A program made the translations under genes and the position numbers. The notes beneath the pieces are model-generated. The model was not told where the DNA came from. It saw nothing but the letters and a program-made list of their open reading frames with translations, and did no database searches. Below are positions 47,843 to 60,604 of a stretch of DNA of 64,000 nt, piece after piece; within the stretch, counting starts at the first letter, position 1; each line of letters starts with the position of its first letter. This DNA is from Blepharisma stoltei ATCC 30299 (taxonomy: Eukaryota; Protista; Ciliophora): contig CBFDEM010000058.1 in NCBI GenBank assembly GCA_965603825.1, positions 248,001-312,000 on the forward strand, given 5' to 3'.

Positions 47843-48760
47843 CTAGTTATTCAATAAAATCTCTACTGACATCATAACATCGTAATTTGTTTTCGCAAGT
47901 GCTGAAATGGCTTTAACTGGGCTCTTGAACCCTAACTCTTTCAATTGTAATACTTTTTTCTGGATTTCTTTGCCTGTAGGTCTTTTATATTTAGCCCCAG
48001 AGCAGTCAGCTTGAATAATAGGCTGTGGGTTTCTTTTTTCATGCTGCAGCTGTATTATAGGCTTTTTTAAAGGTTCAGCAATAAAGGTTATTCTATTTTG
48101 TGGATTTTTTTCTAAATTTGACGCTTTTTGAAGCTCTTCTTTCAAAATATCTCTGATGCTTTGCATTAAAACGCTTGGAATATTTGATATCTCAATTTGA
48201 GCAGGATCAGTTTGGATTCCTTGAGAAATCGACTCTCTTATGATATCAAGAAACCTTTCTTTATGATTTTCATTAGGATCTTGATTTGAAACCAGGACTT
48301 CTTTAGCGTTATCAACAGAAAAATTAAGCGGTATTTCAGAAATGGAATGAAAATTTTCAGAATCTTTTGGGCTAAGATCAAAAAATTCTTTTACTGATTG
48401 CTTAGAAGTGTCTTCTTTATCCTCATCTGATTCTATATGAAATTCAAATTCTTCATATTCAAGCGGCTCTAGGTCATTATGAATGATTTCAAAAGAGTTT
48501 TTTAAACCTGGGGAGTGGAATGCTGGAGAGCAAGGAGATTTTAAAATATCCTGTATGCCATCTATTGAATCTTCAGAAAGATTCTGGTAATTTTCATGAT
48601 TTTCAAGCTCTTCCTGCCTATAACTTTTCATTTCATCACTCTCAGGGGAATTTTCAATCCCGATAGAGACTTCTAAGTTTATATCTAATTGTTCAAGTAG
48701 TTCATTGCCAGCACTTCTCAGTTTTTCTTTCTCTTTGGAACTTGGCTCTATTGAAACCAT
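47843..48760 (-). CDS. Acidic protein with C-terminal UBA domain
   Basis: QLKELGF....AISALAKTNYDVMMSVEILL. Confidence 0.75.
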   Translation of the reverse strand: MVSIEPSSKEKEKLRSAGNELLEQLDINLEVSIGIENSPESDEMKSYRQEELENHENYQNLSEDSIDGIQDILKSPCSPAFHSPGLKNSFEIIHNDLEPLEYEEFEFHIESDEDKEDTSKQSVKEFFDLSPKDSENFHSISEIPLNFSVDNAKEVLVSNQDPNENHKERFLDIIRESISQGIQTDPAQIEISNIPSVLMQSIRDILKEELQKASNLEKNPQNRITFIAEPLKKPIIQLQHEKRNPQPIIQADCSGAKYKRPTGKEIQKKVLQLKELGFKSPVKAISALAKTNYDVMMSVEILLNN

Positions 48761-48842
48761 TTTTAAATATTTTGAATAGATAATAATTTAGTTAATACCT
48801 TTTTAGATAGCATATATAAAAATGCCCAATAGTTAATTTTTT

Positions 48843-49676
48843 ATGGAAATACCTGAAATAAAGACTTTATCCACTACTTTTTCTACAAGTTTTGGGACAG
48901 TAATAAAATCCCCAAGAACTCCTCGTGCTGAAACAACCTTTTTAAATAACAGGGATAAGCTGCGCCACAAAATAACAAACTTATATAAAACTCAATTTGA
49001 TTATATTGATCCTACTTCAATAAAATTCCTAGAGCTTGAAGCCAGAAGAGGAAGAACTTTAATTCCAGGCGACTCCTCATATACCCCTAAAGCAGTTAAA
49101 GCCAAAGATCCATTATTTCTCAATATTAAGAGAGAGCACAAAAATAAGCATGAGGGGACACAGATTGTTATGCTTCCAAAATCACCCTTCGGAGTTCATC
49201 AGAAATATGATGAAAAAGGCTTCATAAACAATCATTTCGTGGCACCTGAAAGCAATGATCCAAAATTATTCGAATTTTCGAAGAAAATGAGGATTTGGCA
49301 GAAACGGCTAAGAAAGTCACAAGAGATCCGTGACAAAAGAGCGATCTCACCAAAGAGGCTATGCTTAAGACCAAAAGTTGACATTTATAAAACAAAGGCA
49401 GGCGATTTAATTTGTGAGAGACATTCTTCAGTTGTCAATGCTTATGAAGAGGAAAATGAAAAATTTAAGAAATTCAATCGAGGAGTATCAGAAGATGCCG
49501 TTAAAAGAAGACTGATGATAAATGATGACAAAAAGAAACTGGAAGAACTTAAGATTGGGATAAGCAAAACAATAGAAAGGCTATACACTGCCCCAAGAAA
49601 TGAAACACGCTCAACATTTTATTCCTCAGTTTGCGATAAATACCCTGCATTATTTACAGAAGAAGATCAATATTAA
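48843..49676 (+). CDS. Hypothetical basic protein
   Basis: 277-aa ORF. Confidence 0.7.
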   Translation: MEIPEIKTLSTTFSTSFGTVIKSPRTPRAETTFLNNRDKLRHKITNLYKTQFDYIDPTSIKFLELEARRGRTLIPGDSSYTPKAVKAKDPLFLNIKREHKNKHEGTQIVMLPKSPFGVHQKYDEKGFINNHFVAPESNDPKLFEFSKKMRIWQKRLRKSQEIRDKRAISPKRLCLRPKVDIYKTKAGDLICERHSSVVNAYEEENEKFKKFNRGVSEDAVKRRLMINDDKKKLEELKIGISKTIERLYTAPRNETRSTFYSSVCDKYPALFTEEDQY

Positions 49677-49836
49677 AGCCGATGAAATTAGTATCTTCTT
49701 TTAATTACTAAAATGTTTAAAATAGTGCATAATTAGTAAATTTATATATAAAATTATTACTGCTCTGTTTAAATTTAAATTTAATTTACTGGTTTGACTT
49801 TTATCTATGATAATCAATATTCTGTGCAATTTAAAT

Positions 49837-50667
49837 ATGGAACTTAATGCTATTGTTTTTCCTGCGCCTCCTTCATCATATAACGATATTTCAGTTAACC
49901 AAGAACTTGTATGAATCCCCCAGCTTAAAAATGAAAAATTCCCTTCAATCCCTTGTGGATTTTTCCAATGTCCTACAGGCTCAAGTAAAATAATGATTTA
50001 TTTTCATGGAAACGCTGAAGACATTGGCACATCTTACCCAATAATAACTCATCTACGCAAAACCCTCCAGGTCAATATATTAGCTGTGGAATACCCTGGC
50101 TATGGGATTTATAAAGGAAAAGCTTCATCAAAAAGGATCGAAGCTGATGCCAAAAATATTTTGGACTATCTTATATATAACGAAAAAATCAACCCAAATA
50201 ACATATTGATATTCGGTAGGTCGATAGGATCAGGGCCTGCTGTTTATTTAGCATCGAATTATAATATCAGAGCCTTATTTTTAATGTCAGCTTATATATC
50301 TATAAAAACTGTTGCAAGACATTTAACATGTTGGGCTTTCTTTCTAAAAGACAGGTTTAAAAATGTAAATCTCATGAAAAAAATACAGTGCCCAATATTG
50401 CTTTTGCATGGGAAAAAAGATCCTTTGATAGTATACCATAATTCAGAAGTTTTAAGGGATCAATGCAGACCTGGCCAGTGTGAACTGGTTTTGAATGAAA
50501 ATATGACTCATAATGATTTTGACCTAACTGATATTTCTGACCCATTTTTATCATTTTTGCATCAGCGTGAAATAACAACAAGTGTAAATGAAAATGAAAT
50601 CAACGTTACATTGAGTGAGACTTTATATAAATTTCGAAATACTCAAATAAGTATGAGTTTATCATAA
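49837..50667 (+). CDS. ABHD17/ABHD13-like alpha/beta hydrolase
   Basis: VFPAP, TGA 49912-49914, YFHGNAEDIG, EYPGYG, GRSIG, HGKKD, HND. Confidence 0.88.
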
Positions 50668-50806
50668 GCTCCATAATTGGGATTGTGATAAATAGAAGCC
50701 GTCAAAATTATTTTATTATCAATAATATTTAACATATTAAAGAATTTGTGATTTTCTTCTTATAATGCTAAAGAAAGTTATTAAATCACATGTGTATCAT
50801 ATTAAA

Positions 50807-52936
50807 ATGGAAACTTCCACCGATCATATAAAAGTTGCAGTTAGAGTCCGCCCACTTCTTCCAATCGATAAAAGTCAAGATATCATAGTTTATACTGGAA
50901 ATGTAATTTCTACTTAGAACTCAGAAATTCGTATAAGCGATGGAGATCATTATTTATCATCATCCTATGATAAAGTATTTACTGCTGAATCTTCGCAGGA
51001 TGAAATTTTCGACTTTGTATCTCCGATTCTAGAACGCACAATTAAAGGTTTCAATTGTACAATTTTCGCATATGGGCAAACCGGCTCAGGAAAAACTTTT
51101 ACTATGTTTGGAGCTGATTGAGAAATCAATAATCCTGCAGCTCAAGATTATTTTGAGAGAAACTCTATTTCACGCAGACGGCCTTCAACTGGTTTGGAGC
51201 ATCCTCTTGATAGTCCAGCTAAACAAGGGATAATTCCTAAGTCAATTGCGATGCTTTTTAATAAATCTGAAGGAAAGCAATTAACTTATTATTCGAGTTT
51301 TTTACAAATTTACAACGAAAAAATATACGATTTATTACAAGATCCAAACAGAAGCAAAGCTCTTAACATAAGAGAAAGCAAAATATATGGAATTTTCGTA
51401 GAAGGTTTAGCAGAGTTTGTAGTGGAAAGCACTGAAGATTGCTTCATGCTGCTATCCAAAGGTGATAGAAACCGTGCTGTAAGGCAAACAAGATTTAATC
51501 ATCACAGTAGTCGATCCCACACAATTTTTCAGTTATTATTAGAAAGTGATAAAGCTAATAAACGCGGAGTTTTAAAACGAGGAAAATTAAATTTTTGTGA
51601 TTTGGCTGGATCTGAAAAGTATGATAAAGAAAATGCTATGGTTCAAGATCATATAAAAGAACTTACCCAGATTAATAAGTCATTGTCTACATTGGGAAAA
51701 GTCATTTACGCCCTTGGCAGTGGTAATACTTCTCATATTCCTTATAGAGACTCAAAATTAACAAGACTGTTACAAGATTCTCTAGGAGTCAGCACACAAA
51801 CGATTCTTATTGCAACAGTTTCTCCATCAGCCGGATATGCAGAAGAAACAATAAGTACCTTAAAATTCGCTGATAGAGCTCGCAAAATTACAATAAAAAT
51901 CAAAAAAAATGAAATTTCAGCTACAAATGATGAACTAATTTTAAGGCTCCAAAGAGAAATCCAGCATTTGAAAAGTATTTTGAACTTAAAAAGAAAAGGA
52001 GGAATTCAAGAACTTCAGCAAGAAATTTGGGAGCTTAAAGAAGAAAACGAAAAATTGAAAAAATTATCGGCAAATGCCACTATAGAAGAAGTTGAAAGAC
52101 TGAAACAAGAAAATAAAAGGCTTAAATTATCACTTCAAAACAATGGATTTCCTAGTGACTTAGAAGGCTTTTATGTAGAAAAAAATAATTTCGAAAATCA
52201 AGAAAAAAACAATTTAGAAAACCAAGAAAAAACAGAAAATAGGCCGCCATCGTCATCAGGAAGATCTCGCAAAGAAAGCAATAATATTTCTGAATATGGA
52301 TTTACAAATAGGAGTTTTTCTCCTTCTGAAAACCGTAGGAGACTGTGCCCAAGATGCAATCAGCCACCTCCTTGCATTCATGTTTCTTCTTTATCAATTG
52401 AGCATTCAGCTTCCACTTACCGTTCCACAAATTCTACGGATTCGAGGTATAGTAAAAATATAAAAATACCAAAAAACTTGCAGGTTAGATATAGAATGAC
52501 TAACTGCGTAATTGAAAATGGAGGAATTTCTCAGGAAATCAAAGACCAAGAAGCAAGGCAAAAGGAAATGAAGAAAATAAAAGAACGCTTGGGAAAATTA
52601 GCCGAATTAGAATCATATAGAAAAGCTCAGTTCAAAATGGAGCTTGAGAGACTGGAGGCAGAAAAAAGAAGAAATGACGAAGAAATCAGAAGAAAGCAAA
52701 CCGAAGACGCAAAGAGAAGGAAGATTTTAAAAGAATTAAAAGAAAAAGTTAGTAATTACAAAGAATCCAAAAAGGCAGAAAAAGAAGAGGAAGATAAAAA
52801 ATTAGAAGATCTAAAGAGAATGGCAGAAAGAAAAAGAAAGAAAAGAAATGAAGATCAAAAGAGAAAGCTTCAAGAATTTTACGAGCGAAAAAAAGAAGCA
52901 ATGCTAGAAGAGTTAGCTGATTATGAAAAAATGTAA
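50807..52936 (+). CDS. Kinesin motor protein
   Basis: VAVRVRP, intron 50903-50917, GQTGSGKT, TGA 51119-51121, SSRSH, DLAGSE, HIPYRDSKLT. Confidence 0.92.
50903..50917 (+). other. 15-nt spliceosomal intron
   Basis: gtaatttctacttag, ends in an in-frame TAG. Confidence 0.9.
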
Positions 52937-52979
52937 TTGTAAGACAAAAAATTGAAAGAAATATTTTAAATTTTCTAAA

Positions 52980-53834
52980 TTAACGTCTTTGAGGAGGGTA
53001 ACCGCTCTGAGGATAAGCTTGATAAGGAGAGTAGGCTTGAGGTTGTCCTGGCTGAGGTGGATATCCTGGCTGAGGAGGATAGCCAGGGTAGCCTTGCTGT
53101 GGAACTTGTCCTGGCTGAGGTGGATAGCCTGGCTGAGGTGGATAACCTTGTTGGGGTGGATAGCCAGCTTGAGGAGGATATCCAGGCTGAGGAGGGTAGC
53201 CAGGCTGAGGGTAACCAGGTTGAGGAGGATACCCTGATTGAGGAGGATATCCAGGCTGAGGAGGATATCCAGCTTGAGGTGGATACCCAGGTTGAGGAGG
53301 ATATCCAGGCTGAGGAGGATATCCATATGGAGGGCATCCAGGTTGAGGTGGAACTCCTGGGTATCCAGCCTGAGGATAAGGGTATGGATATCCTTGTGGT
53401 GGGTAGCCTGGCATTGGTTGAGCTCCTAGTTGTCCGGTTGCTCCTGTTGTAGCATCTTCATTATATCTAATCTCAAATCTAACATCCCCTGCCTTTCTTC
53501 CATGGTGCTTAATCTCAACCCAATCTTCAAATTGCCTACTTTTACGAACTGGGTCTAGTGAAAATACTCCTTCTCCGACCAAATCATCAGCTGAGGCAGA
53601 GTCATGATCCCACACTGCAAATTCTAGTAAAGATTCTGAGCCAAGCCTAAAGACAAAAGAGTCTGACCAATTCGGGAACTTCCCAGCATCCTGAGCGACA
53701 GCAGTTCTGAATTTTTGGGTTCCAATTGAGCAGACACAATAAGGATCCATCTTCCCAAAGGTTTCAGTATCTCTTGTGAGTTTTGCGCAGATAGGTTTGA
53801 CGATTAAAGTTCCGCTACGCTTTTGGGCTTCCAT
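52980..53834 (-). CDS. C2-domain protein with XYPPX (GYPPQ) tail
   Basis: [21 protein letters not shown]...DDLVG; GYPPQP repeats. Confidence 0.9.
   Translation of the reverse strand: MEAQKRSGTLIVKPICAKLTRDTETFGKMDPYCVCSIGTQKFRTAVAQDAGKFPNWSDSFVFRLGSESLLEFAVWDHDSASADDLVGEGVFSLDPVRKSRQFEDWVEIKHHGRKAGDVRFEIRYNEDATTGATGQLGAQPMPGYPPQGYPYPYPQAGYPGVPPQPGCPPYGYPPQPGYPPQPGYPPQAGYPPQPGYPPQSGYPPQPGYPQPGYPPQPGYPPQAGYPPQQGYPPQPGYPPQPGQVPQQGYPGYPPQPGYPPQPGQPQAYSPYQAYPQSGYPPQRR
53041..53412 (-). repeat. About 18-nt coding repeat encoding PGYPPQ
   Basis: Many (cca)ggatatcctcctcag variants; the overlapping ORFs in other frames are repeat shadows. Confidence 0.9.
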
Positions 53835-54222
53835 TTATTTACTATGAATCTTCGACACGTTTCTGAAATAGCTTTACTAGATTTATTCCAAAAGAAAATC
53901 TTTAGATTTTTTAGATATTTTATTAGGCAAAAACTATAAATAAATAGATAAGAATTAATTATTTTGGTTGGGAATATATAAATAAAAGGCTGTTTCAAAA
54001 TTTTGAATTTTTATTGCTATGCAAAATATTTATTGTATGCGGTTTTAATAAATATTCACATTCTGAGAGATTTAATTAGAGATAAATTATATTCAAAAGA
54101 AAATTTTTGACATAAGTCAATCTTAAAATTTAAATTATAAGATCAATTATGCTTTGTGGTTTATACAAAGTCCCTATAATTCTATATATATATACACGGT
54201 TACCTAACACAAAGTTAAGGTA

Positions 54223-54399
54223 TTAGTGGCTTTCTTTTCCCTGCCTTGAATTAGCAAAGCTTGGTAGAGGAAGTGTGGCCGGGTCAGGCGCTATCATGGC
54301 TTTTGATATAAAATAGAAGCTGTGCCTTTGCTCTTCGCTTTCTGTTGTGGAGCCTGACCAATAGCCACTGCTTCGCCTCTTGTTGTTTCTCTTGTACAT
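54223..54399 (-). CDS. 58-aa microprotein with PNRC/Edc1-like proline-rich motif
   Basis: MYKRNNKRRSSGYWSGSTTESEEQRHSFYFISKAMIAPDPATLPLPSFANSRQGKESH*; GC-richer island in an AT-rich spacer; absent from the ORF track. Confidence 0.62.
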   Translation of the reverse strand: MYKRNNKRRSSGYWSGSTTESEEQRHSFYFISKAMIAPDPATLPLPSFANSRQGKESH

Positions 54400-55128
54400 T
54401 TCTTGGTGAGTTATATTCTTTGTTGTAATATTTATTAATCTATTGATTCCATTAAAGCTGAAGAGAATTAAATTACGCCAAAAAAGGTGGTGAGCAGAAA
54501 AGTTTTTTTTTAATTTTTTTAAAAATTACGAGACAAATTAATGAAATTTTATAAATACCAAGTTTTATGTCTCTATTCTAGAGAAATTATTAATTATGCA
54601 AGGAAAGTTTTTCATAGCCTTGTCTAATTTAAACTCATAACGCTTGAAATCTATCATTCTTCTTTATTATTATACTATCAAATGGGAAGCCATGTCCTTT
54701 GAATCCAGGATCTTGCTGCAACAAATTCCTGCTTCAAAGAGTTAATCAGCAACATGATAGTTTGTGCCTTCTCACACCCCAAGTTCAATAAAAAGTAGAT
54801 TAAATATTTTAATAATCAATTTTCCTACAGCATTTCAATTATTTAGCTAATTATAGTTGGCTCATTCAGCTCAAAGCTTTGGCAATTCAGATGCGAATTG
54901 ATATTTTTTAAACTTTTCATTGGTTTGTTGGTTAGCTCACTTGATTAAAAAATAATCCAAAAGCTTTCACAGATTATAATGTTCTACTGAATGCAATCAA
55001 CATATGCAATATCTTTTAAGATGATAGTGATGATAAATCCAAAAGGAAAATTGATTACTTTTACTTAAAATGGTTTTATTTTTTTAATTTTATTTAATTA
55101 AAAAACTCAAATTTTTTTAGGTCACTGC

Positions 55129-56514
55129 CTAGAACATGAGGGAGATCATATCAATTTTTGAATTCTTTGAGTTAGATTCGCTTAACATATCTTCAATAAT
55201 TTTCTTATATCTCTCACTAAATCTTACATCTAAAATTTTAGATCACTCATACTCTGCAGGCCTATTATTTTCTGATCTTGAAGCTTCAGGTGGTGCATAC
55301 TTATAAAATTCCCCATAATGAGCTCTTTCATCTCTATTTCTATCTTCATAATAGCTCAAGAGGGGAAAATACTCAAAACCCCAATCATGTCAAGGAATTT
55401 GCAAATCATTTCCGTTTTCATCTCTTTTGCCTAATGTCCATTCAACCTGATATGCCTGCCCATAAACAAAATCTATATCATATTCATCTCCAGTTAGTCT
55501 ACTTCTTTTAATATTATAATGAATTACATTATCTGTAATTTCTATTGAAGAAATTATATCATTTTTCCCTCCTAAATCTATGTCATTTGAATGTTTTGGT
55601 CCATCTATTTTACTATATCCATCAATTAAAATTCCATCAGGTAGTTCAGCATAATAGCTATCTCTATAATATTCATCTTGTGGTAGATAAGAAGGCATAA
55701 ATTGAAAAATTATATACTGATATCCTTCTACTGTTGCTTTTGGCACAAAAATATCTAAAATAATATCCCTTTTTTTAGATAAATCCCAAGACACAGACAT
55801 GCCTCTTGATAGGAATTCTGAGGAAGACCCTAATGTGAATTGAATATCTTCAGTATCATCTATAAGATATTTTAATGCTTTTAATCCTGAGCCTAAAGTG
55901 CGCTCCTCTTTAGCAGCTTCTGAATTAAAATCAGGGATCCCAGTCAAATCTTTTTCAAATCAAGGGCCAAACCTTCGTCTTTCATCATCATTTTTATCGA
56001 AATATTCATCAGCCATTAAGAAGTACTCAAAACCCATATATCTTAAACTATGCTGCCCAATATTCCCATCAATTATCGGACCAAGTGCCCATTTTAATTC
56101 ATAAGGTTTTTTCCATTCAAGCTGCACATCGTATTCATCACCAGTGTTAAATTTTCTTGTCAAACTTTGCACCAGATAATTTTGTTCATATCTTCTGCTA
56201 GAATTAATATCATTTGTACCCCCTAAATCTTCATCAATCAGTGGAAGTCCGTTAGTAGTTGAAAATCTATCAGTGAAAACTCCTCCATCCATAACTGCAA
56301 TATAATAGTCACAACGAAATGTTTCTTGAGAATCTGCTGCATCTTGTATTGCAATGCCTGCTCAATCAAAAATATTTTCATATTTTCTAGGAATTCATAA
56401 TTCCATTGTTACTGTATCTGTATCATGAAAAAAGTATTTGAGCATTAATCCATAAGGCAAGTATTCGATACTTAGACTGGATGCTACGCAGATTAATGAT
56501 AAAAAATATATCAT
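55129..56514 (-). CDS. Secreted tandem DOMON-like domain protein (461 aa)
   Basis: Signal peptide; W(TGA)AGIA, D.DLGG.NDI twice, RKFNTGDEYD / RSRLTGDEYD; five TGA; TAG 55129-55131. Confidence 0.8.
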
Positions 56515-57460
56515 TTTTTTAATATTTAAATAGTCCGTTAATAATTATGGACATAAGCGAGAAAATCAAGTAAGTGATTATATGATACTGATGCATTTTT
56601 ATTTTAGTTAAAAGTGAAAAGAAATAAACTATAATACAAAACTAAATTTTTCATTAAGTCAATGAGAGAATAATTAATAACTTGGAAAGCAGGCAAGCAT
56701 CGTCATTTTTTGATTTAGTAATTATGAAATATTTTTCTATTCTTTGCATTCTTATGATTTTATCGCCAAACACTTCTGATATTTTCAGTGTTCCTTTTCA
56801 CATTGCCCTCTCCAAAACAGTTTGCTTAGCTATTCTCAATCTTTGAAATTTTATTATTCTTGTCTTTAGGTCTAAATAAAAGCTAGTTTAAGCATATATC
56901 AGATTTCTTATGTAAATGAAATCTTAAGCAGACCCTTCTTGCTTATCCTTCAGAAGAAATGCATGCAAAAATTATGCCTATATTGTATAAATCTAGCAAT
57001 TTTTAACATTAACTCTACTTTAAGTGCAATTCAGGCAAATTTAAATCAGCCAAGTCTGAAATTCCGCTAAATTAAATTTTTCTCATCCCATCTATTATAT
57101 TCAATATAAAAGTATAACAGATCACATATATAATCAGCCAATGCCATGTGTTTCTGTTTAAATGGAATTTAAAATAAAAAGAAAATCCTAATTTTGAAGT
57201 TAATCGATTTTATTTTTAAAGATTTATGAGCACGTTCATATATTACTCTTATAATTAAAAAGGCTAGAGAATGCCTGATTTTTTGGCTTCAATTCTTTAA
57301 AAAAAAATTTATATATTTTTATGAATTTTACCTATTTAAATAAATTTCTTATTTCCGCAGAAATTTTGCTGCTTTTCCAGGCTATCTTCAATCAAAATTT
57401 TACTGGCCTCCCCTAAACTATAATAAATCAATGGATTTCTAATAACATATTTTATTCAGA

Positions 57461-60400
57461 ATGCAAAATAGGGTCGAGAGTGCACGCAAATACCTAACTT
57501 TGGTTAGAAATAAATTCAAAGAGCACGGCGATAAATATGAAGAGTTCCTTCAAGTTATGAAAGCTTTTAAAGAGCAAAGGTATAATTTATGCAGGATGGA
57601 TACTGAGGCTGTATGCAAGCGCGTTCAAGAGCTTTTTAAAGGCCATCGAGTGCTTCTATTAGAATTCAATAAATTAATCCCTCAAAATTATCGAATTTCT
57701 ATTGAATCACGTCCTCATTATAATGAAGCTATTGACTACATGCGCCGTGTTAAAGAGGAAACCAAACATGATCCTGCAATTTATGAAGAGTTTATAAGAA
57801 TCCTCAAACTATACCAAGGAAAAGAAATGTCTCTTGATGATGTCAACAATTCAGTAAAAAAACTTATGGTAGACTTTCCTTCTCTAATAGACTCTTTCAA
57901 AGCGTTTTTGCCTAACTATTATGACGACTCGTCTTCGGAAGAAAAAGATGAGCCTGCTTATTCTAAGCCAATTAAAAAAAGAAAAGAAATCGCCCCAGTC
58001 ACTACATTATCAATTGAAAAATTAGTCATTGAAGAAATTGGAGAACCAATAGGAAAAAATGAAGTCGTTTTTTTTGGAAAGCTGAAAAAAGTCCTGGATT
58101 TGAATTCCCAACCAAATACCGACTATTTTTTAGAGTTCAGCCAAGTTTTTCAGCTTTATACAGATTGCATCATTACTAAAGTGGAGTTGCTGGGAGTTGT
58201 TGAGCCACTTTTTCAGTTGACTGATTTCCATAAGTTTTTAAATTTGAGGTCACCAGGGGTAAGAAGATACCAGAAAGAAGAAAATCCTGAGCTGACCCAA
58301 TTCGTACAGCATCAGCTTAATGATTTCTATGAAACTTTAAAAGTAATTGCAACTAGTAGAGAAAGCAATAGAAGAAAACATGGGTGGTTTTTCAGGCCTC
58401 TTTCAGACTTTGATACGGGTAAAACTAAAAGAAATGGTCACAGCTATCTTCAAGTTCAAAGACCATCGATAAAAAGACATAGAGTTTTTCCTTATGAAAG
58501 TAAATGAATTTCTGTCCCATATGGCTCAGAAGATTTTTCCTTCAGAAATTTCAGAAAAAATGCTTTTGAGGATGCCCTATTTAAATGTGAAGACGAAAGA
58601 TATGAGCTTGACATGACCATTGAGTGCGCTTTAGCTACCCTTAAAATGCTTGAGGCAGCAGAAAATAAAATGAAAAGTTTACCAATTGATCAGCAAAAAA
58701 CCTTTCAATTGGATGATAAATTCATGGAAAAATTAAGACTGAGATCAATACAAAGCATTTATTCAGAGCATGCTTCAAAAATAATTGAAACATTAAAAAA
58801 CAACCCATCAAGAGCTTTATCGGTAGTAATTTCAAGAATTAAGAGTAAAATCGATGCGTGGAAAAATATAAGCAAGCCTGAGAGCGATAGAACTTGGGAT
58901 GAGACTGTAGAAAAGAATTTCTATAAGTCTCTTGACCACAGATCATTTTATTTCAAACAAAATGAGAAAAAAATGACAAATGCAAAAAATTATTTAACAG
59001 AAGCAAAATCTCGATCCTTAAATTTAGCAGCCAAAAAAGCCCAATTAAGGAAATATATAGAAGACAAAACAATAGATCAAAATTATGATATCATTGGAGG
59101 ATCAAGAAACCAGATATTTTTTAACTCATTTGCCGGGCTTTCAGGGGCTGTTTATCACAAAGTCTTAGGGAATTTTGTTGATGATATTTTAGAAGAGTTT
59201 AAAGAGCTAGACAAACCAGAACGTGCGCTAACATTTAATAACGGTGTTGAGTATGCAACTTTGCCTCAATTTCGGCTTCTTTTGAACCACCAGCCAATTA
59301 TAAATGATGCTCTAAGAATTTTACTTTATGCTGCTGATAAGACCAGTTTATCAGGAAAAGAAAAACTAAATAAATGAATCATAGTGATTTTTCAAGAATT
59401 TTTTGGACTAAAATTACCCTATGATATCACTAATCATTTAGTAGAAGATTATTTTGAAAGTATTCCAGAAGAAGAGATCATTGATATAGAAACAGCAAAA
59501 AATATCATAAATAAATGGAATACTGAAGAAAATTCTGAAATGATCATCGAAAAAGATGAGAACCCTATAGAAGAAGTGGGCCAAAATCCTATTTCCTTAA
59601 AAAAAGACCAGTCTTTTGCAGCATTTATCCCATTGATGAAGAAGCATAACGTTATGTATTGTCCTAGCACAGTTTACTGCTTTTTGAGGTTTTTCTTCGT
59701 TATGTACGAAAGACTGCTGAAGGTAAAAATGGTCCTAAGCCAAGAAGGCAAAGAAAATCCTCCAATTGAGGTCGGAGAATATAAGTTTTCAGACGAAGCA
59801 CAAGTTGAGTACTTAGGCTTCTTAAAATCTGTCTCTCTAATACTGAAGAACACCTATGATAATGCTAAATTTGAAGATAAGTGCAGGATTCTGCTAGGAA
59901 ATGATGCGTATGTCCTTTTTACATTCGATAAACTGGCAATTTATACAGCAAAAGCACTGCATGCCCTAGCTCATGATGAGGTCACAATAAAATCCTTGCC
60001 TTTCTTCCAAAGATTCAACCGAAATAAGCTCAATGAAGAAGTTTATATGTCGGATTTCTTGAGAAGTGTTCCTAGCCATCAGCTGTTTAGGCTTCATTGG
60101 AATGTAGATTTTAGGATTTTATGCATGACTTATATAGAAAGTCCTTGTGAAAAACTCCAAGAGCCTGCTGTAAAGCATATGCTGAAATATGCAAAGGATT
60201 TTACTAATGAGGCATGTGAAACTGATTTAGAAGATGAAATAAAGATCATGCATGAAAGACTCGATGTTTTTTATCAAAATTATGGGATAACTCAAAACGA
60301 CCTTGCAAATCAATTAATTTTGATGAATGGGATTAAGATTGGTCTGAATGAAAGTTCATTGAAGATGCATTTTATACCAGAGCATGAAGATTATTTATTT

Positions 60401-60544
60401 AATGCTAAGTATTATAAGAATCATATACTCTTAGCAACAGAAGAAGAAACTTATATTTGCCAAGACAAAAATTCATATGTGCAAAAAATAACAGAAATTG
60501 GACTGAAAAAATTCCAGAAGTGGATGGAAAGCAATCAGAAATAA
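57461..60544 (+). CDS. SIN3: SIN3 transcriptional corepressor
   Basis: Two PAH domains, HID (W-ISVP.GSEDF.F..F.KN.FEDALFKCEDERYELD), KSLDHRSFYFKQ, FEDKCR.LLG..AY.LFTFDKL. Confidence 0.93.
57580..57594 (+). other. 15-nt in-frame intron without a stop codon
   Basis: gtataatttatgcag; removal restores PAH1 spacing FKEQRMDT..V..RV..LFKGH. Confidence 0.75.
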
Positions 60545-60604
60545 TTTATTTGTTTTGGTAATTAGATTTATTTATCTATTAATTCTTATAAATATATAAA
60601 AATC

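Noticed and set aside
52913-53452. CRISPR-like or satellite array
   Set aside because: It is a coding PGYPPQ repeat with synonymous variation and no spacers
56650-57150. Coding-like patches between the DOMON gene and SIN3
   Set aside because: No complete frame with start and stop on either strand; at most a decayed fragment
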